The notes below the pieces were generated by a model. It made no database searches. It worked only from the letters and a program-made list of their open reading frames with translations, and was not told where the DNA came from. A program made the position numbers and the translations under genes. DNA of 64,000 bases, from NCBI RefSeq assembly GCF_022539665.2, contig NC_081333.1, forward strand, positions 4,526,001-4,590,000, in the 5' to 3' direction. Positions 62,121-64,000 of the stretch are shown here, in pieces. The number at the start of each line of letters is the position of its first letter. Position 1 is the stretch's first letter. The stretch is from Daphnia carinata (lineage: Eukaryota).

Positions 62121-63339
62121 AGATCCGTAAGGCTTTTTATTTTTTTTTATTCTCTGTGGTACTTCCAGAGTACCATGGGCGTTGCTTGTTATTAATGGAC
62201 ACTTGCCCCGTCGGGCATCCATACACGCAAAGCTGTATCCGGTGAAGGGTAAACGATTTAATGGTAACAGAGTTGTCTCACTTTTCTTCACCAGTTTGTC
62301 CTATATTAAAAGCCAAAAATTTCCGAAAACAAACAACTAAATTTTTTTTTTTTTTTTAGACATCACCGCTATTTGTAATAATGAACTCGCCCGGCACTTT
62401 TATAGTACCCCTCACAAATGCTTCGTAACGATTTTAGGGTCTTTGTGCAACACCGTTTACACACTTGTGATTAGGGTAGCATTATAGTATTTCGTCTATA
62501 CGTGGCAAAAGCAAAATGTCAACTGAATGACTGCAAAGCTGTACAAATGCATAAATACGCAAATAGTAGACTATGCAATGATCCCTTAAGGAAAATAGGA
62601 AAAGTGTACCGAAAAATGGAATTCTTTCTTTTTCATTTCAGGATGTTAACCTTGCAATAGTGGCATTATGTAGCCAGTTTCCGTTAAAAACGTTTGTAGG
62701 TTCGAAATCAGTCGTCAATGGGGCGGCCTTCGACAGAGGTGGGGATTCCAGTAAAATAGCATGTGCCGTAATAAAAGGAAAAGTAAAATGGCAATTGTTA
62801 AGAGCCACGAACGAAAGTCTGCTGTAACACACAAAAAAAAGAAGAGGAGGAGGAAAATAGCGAACAAATAGGAAGGGAACCTTAAACATCTATGACCTAC
62901 AAGCTGTATTTGCCCAACCCCTCCCTGATTTGGCTGAACCTAAGTTTTCTCTCCTCTCTTTTTTTCAATTTTGCTAATAATGCCAATGTGTCAAAATGAA
63001 TTTTCAAAAGTAACTAATAATATAGTTACAGATTACAAAAATTTGGGGAGAGCAAAAAAAAAAAAAATCTATCTTGACATCTTTATTCTAAAAAAAAAAA
63101 AATCAATCGCTGCGGTTTTTATCTATTTTCTTGCGGTGCAGTGGGCAGGAAGTCGGGGAGTTGAAAGTGCATTTTTGGCTGAGGTCCCGCCGATCGGGAA
63201 TGGGAGGACTATGGCTATCAGCGGTCACCGCTTGACTGAGCCCGTTACGGATGAATATACACACAGCGGTCATCAGCCTCTTCTTGTATGGCTCCTCCCC
63301 AAAAACATATTCTCGATTACGGTTTTTTTTTTTCCCTTT

Positions 63340-63359
63340 CACACACACACACACACACA
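63340..63359. repeat. (CA)n microsatellite
   Basis: cacacacacacacacacaca. Confidence 0.7.
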
Positions 63360-64000
63360 TACAGAGATAAGAACACAGATTCAGTTATACCCCTTGTATA
63401 TATGTACACACATTTCCGGATTTAGGCGTCTCCCCTCTTCCCCGACGTAGTGGAGAATAGCTTCTGATTCTTATATCTTGTTCCAATCTCGTCCTGTCCA
63501 CGAAGCTCGCGTTATCCAGCCTTCGATAAAAATATGTTAGATGAAGCAAATCGCAGATATTGGCTATATAAACAGGACCATCATCTCACCCTGTCACCCC
63601 CTGCTCCCCGTATAGAGAAAAAAAAAATAATGATAATGATATACATTGCTTGTTTTCTTTTTACATTTTCACATTGTATTGTATAATTCGGCCAACCATT
63701 CATACTCTGAGAAAGCCAGTGGTTCACTTATGTTTTAGCTTATTTATGGCACACAAAACAGGGTAGGGGATGTACAAATGACTTTAACGTAATTGATTCT
63801 TCACCGTTGTACTATTGTAACATATTATAAATTAAAGCGGACCGAAAAATTGTTCATGCCACATTACACATTTTTTTTATCTTGCAATTTCCGTAACATG
63901 AACCCATACCGTAACGCTATATTAGAACAATTTCCGACTTGTTTTTGCCACAGTACGAAGGGGTTACACACATAAAAGGTTGAAAATAATATTTTATACT

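Overview
Eukaryotic, AT-rich genomic DNA with short (mostly 55-106 nt) GT-AG introns. An arthropod, probably a Daphnia-like crustacean, is my inference and is not shown directly. From 1.6 to 48.7 kb there is a head-to-tail cluster of 15 minus-strand genes (g1-g15). Each has a tiny first coding exon (8 codons in 13 of 15), a phase-0 intron splitting the signal peptide, and a large exon encoding a secreted, low-complexity, Cys-poor protein packed with acidic S-x-E motifs. The paralogues mix three unrecognised conserved modules: A (HPxSDDWFLVKQYMxDxYF...EYFWQPVK), B (NPxFQQKIQEIDxRLK...KRLMEKYAEALA plus a GPI-like tail) and C (PW...FEVQIxPxTKQVVNIR). Their promoters share a TATA/Inr, an ACTAGT box near +28, paired FTZ-F1-like CAAGG sites and ROR/HR3-like TAGGTCA sites. 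This suggests a moult-regulated extracellular-matrix or biomineralisation phosphoprotein cluster reminiscent of vertebrate SCPP clusters. Further along the window are a ~1.4 kb non-autonomous TIR transposon, a frameshifted ankyrin-repeat pseudogene and a 4-exon lin-52 gene that the ORF track misses. The last ~8 kb has no gene I can support.
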